DNA of 58,718 nt from Patescibacteria group bacterium (GTDB lineage: Bacteria; Patescibacteriota; Microgenomatia; Levybacterales; UBA12049). The first letter of the stretch is position 1. Each line of letters starts with the position of its first letter. The notes under the pieces are model-generated. The model did no database searches, was not told where the DNA came from, and saw nothing but the letters and a program-made list of their open reading frames with translations. The position numbers and the translations under genes are program-made. The stretch covers positions 1-58,718 of the forward strand of contig JBBTVD010000021.1 of NCBI GenBank assembly GCA_038063415.1, given 5' to 3'. Below, one piece after another: positions 57,482 to 58,718 of the stretch.

Positions 57482-58291
57482 CTATTGAAGTTCAAGCCAA
57501 AAGTCTTGCCTTTTTTGTGATTTATTGTGAATTTTAAATTTTTGAGAATAAAGCTGTCCTAATGTTGACACGATTATTTCACCATCAAATTCCCCTTGCC
57601 CAAACTGGTACGTATTATTTCTAAAGCCTGAATGGACTGGTAAATAACTTTCGTTATTAAATCCATAAAATTCATCTTCATTCTCATATTTTATTCCTAC
57701 AGCTAATTCAACTGCTTCTTGTGCTACCGTATAGGGATAAATATCTTCTCTTGGATGAACTAAAGCCACATTGACAATGTTCGAGATATTGCCTATTGGT
57801 TGTTCTTTAGAAGTCCACCTACCAATAAAGGATTTATCTTCAATTTTCACTATTGCCTTACAAGCAAAAGCAGGTGAAGAAGTAAATGGATTGTACCAAT
57901 GTTTTCTTTTTAAATTTTTAATTTTTATATGTATAAATCGCCATTTATTTGTATTGTCTTCTGAAATAGAACCAACTTCAAAAACTAGCTTTGGCTCTTT
58001 CAACTTATCTACAACCCAAACAGATAAAAATCCTAAAATCCAACCAATAAAAGCACCGAGTAAAAGCTCTTGCCAATTTAGTCCACCTGATTTACTTTGT
58101 TGAGATTGATTGAGCGTGGCTGGTTTGTATTGCTCATTAATATATTTGGTCGGCTGTGTACTAATGGCTTCATTTGTTTTATTACCATTCACTAATGACG
58201 CTCCTCCAGCAAATACTTCCTTTGGCAAGAAAAAGGAAGTAAAACAGATAACAATAGCAATGACAAATAAAAACAAAACTTTAGTTCTCAT
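57482..58291 (-). CDS. Hypothetical membrane protein (signal peptide, TM, beta-rich domain)
   Basis: 269-aa ORF; hydrophobic N-terminus and internal TM followed by 'KEPKL.FE'. Confidence 0.55.
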   Translation of the reverse strand: MRTKVLFLFVIAIVICFTSFFLPKEVFAGGASLVNGNKTNEAISTQPTKYINEQYKPATLNQSQQSKSGGLNWQELLLGAFIGWILGFLSVWVVDKLKEPKLVFEVGSISEDNTNKWRFIHIKIKNLKRKHWYNPFTSSPAFACKAIVKIEDKSFIGRWTSKEQPIGNISNIVNVALVHPREDIYPYTVAQEAVELAVGIKYENEDEFYGFNNESYLPVHSGFRNNTYQFGQGEFDGEIIVSTLGQLYSQKFKIHNKSQKRQDFWLELQ

Positions 58292-58462
58292 AATCTACAA
58301 CTTGCATTTTACCTCAACATCCTGCTTTTTGATACCATTGTGTGTGCTCAGTCTCACTTGAGGCATGATGAAAATACTCCAGTAGCAAGTTGTAGATGAT
58401 CTACACTTTACTATATGGATCGTGTAGGAAAACATAAATACAACTGCTACAATTTGCGTATC

Positions 58463-58718
58463 ATGACACAAGGCAAACACGCAGGAGGAAGACCAAAGAC
58501 ATCAGAAGAACAAAAGGAAGCGATGCTCTCAAAACTAGAGCCGTACCTAAAGAGTGGTTTACCTCTCAGAAAAGCCTTGCTTGAAGCTGGAATTGCACCT
58601 GCTACATTCTATCGAATAAAGAGGGTAGATCCTAGTTTTGATAGTAAGATAGAGAGGCAGAGGCAATATCTTCCTGTGCTGTACAACAGCTCTATTGTGA
58701 AGCACTTACATTATATTG
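58463..58718 (+). CDS. Partial HTH protein resembling the N-terminus of a phage terminase small subunit
   Basis: Not in ORF track. Own translation MTQGKHAGGRPKTSEEQKEAMLSKLEPYLKSGLPLRKALLEAGIAPATFYRIKRVDPSF..., open to the window end; TGcTACAAT upstream. Confidence 0.55.
   Translation, partial: MTQGKHAGGRPKTSEEQKEAMLSKLEPYLKSGLPLRKALLEAGIAPATFYRIKRVDPSFDSKIERQRQYLPVLYNSSIVKHLHYI

Noticed and set aside
641-58480. Numerous 60-150-aa ORFs overlapping larger genes (e.g. 8770..9222, 40915..41310, 46179..46610, 58295..58480)
   Set aside because: They are antisense or alternate-frame shadows of well-supported CDSs, or lack any motif or start signal.
1-58718. CRISPR array, rRNA, tRNA
   Set aside because: No regularly spaced direct repeats and no cloverleaf or rRNA-like segment recognised; intergenic gaps are short.
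1-58718. Alternative genetic code (UGA=Gly)
   Set aside because: Long ORFs are intact under code 11, and several genes end in TGA with ATGA overlaps.

Overview
AT-rich bacterial chromosomal segment using the standard code (TGA acts as stop). Its gene content (many GT-C membrane glycosyltransferases, cohesin/dockerin surface proteins, type-2 IleRS, in-frame heptamer/palindromic inserts, orphan ORFs) suggests a CPR/Patescibacteria genome, probably Microgenomates; this is inference, not a database result. Layout: (1) ~1.4-38.6 kb is a large surface-glycosylation region (O-antigen-ligase-like protein, about 7 GT-C proteins including two GT2::GT-C fusions, GT2/GT4s, flippase, DPM1-like synthase, sugar methyltransferases). 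(2) Embedded at 22.8-31.0 kb is a cohesin-dockerin locus: one membrane-anchored cohesin, three secreted proteins with unrelated N-terminal payloads on a shared cohesin-Ig-dockerin tail, and four small membrane proteins. (3) 39.9-46.1 kb is a housekeeping block (lepB, parB, rpmA, rplU, rodA, ileS) with three related palindromic elements, one inserted in frame in ileS. (4) 47.4-53.6 kb is a tightly coupled operon of a YfhO/GT-C protein, a processive GT2 glucan synthase, an HlyD-like adaptor and a GH81 beta-1,3-glucanase. (5) After ~56.1 kb are orphan genes and a terminase-small-subunit-like HTH, possibly the edge of an island or prophage. Many genes have a -10 box only 6-7 nt before the ATG, suggesting pervasive leaderless mRNAs. 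No rRNA, tRNA or CRISPR array was recognised. All family calls come from motif recognition by eye.
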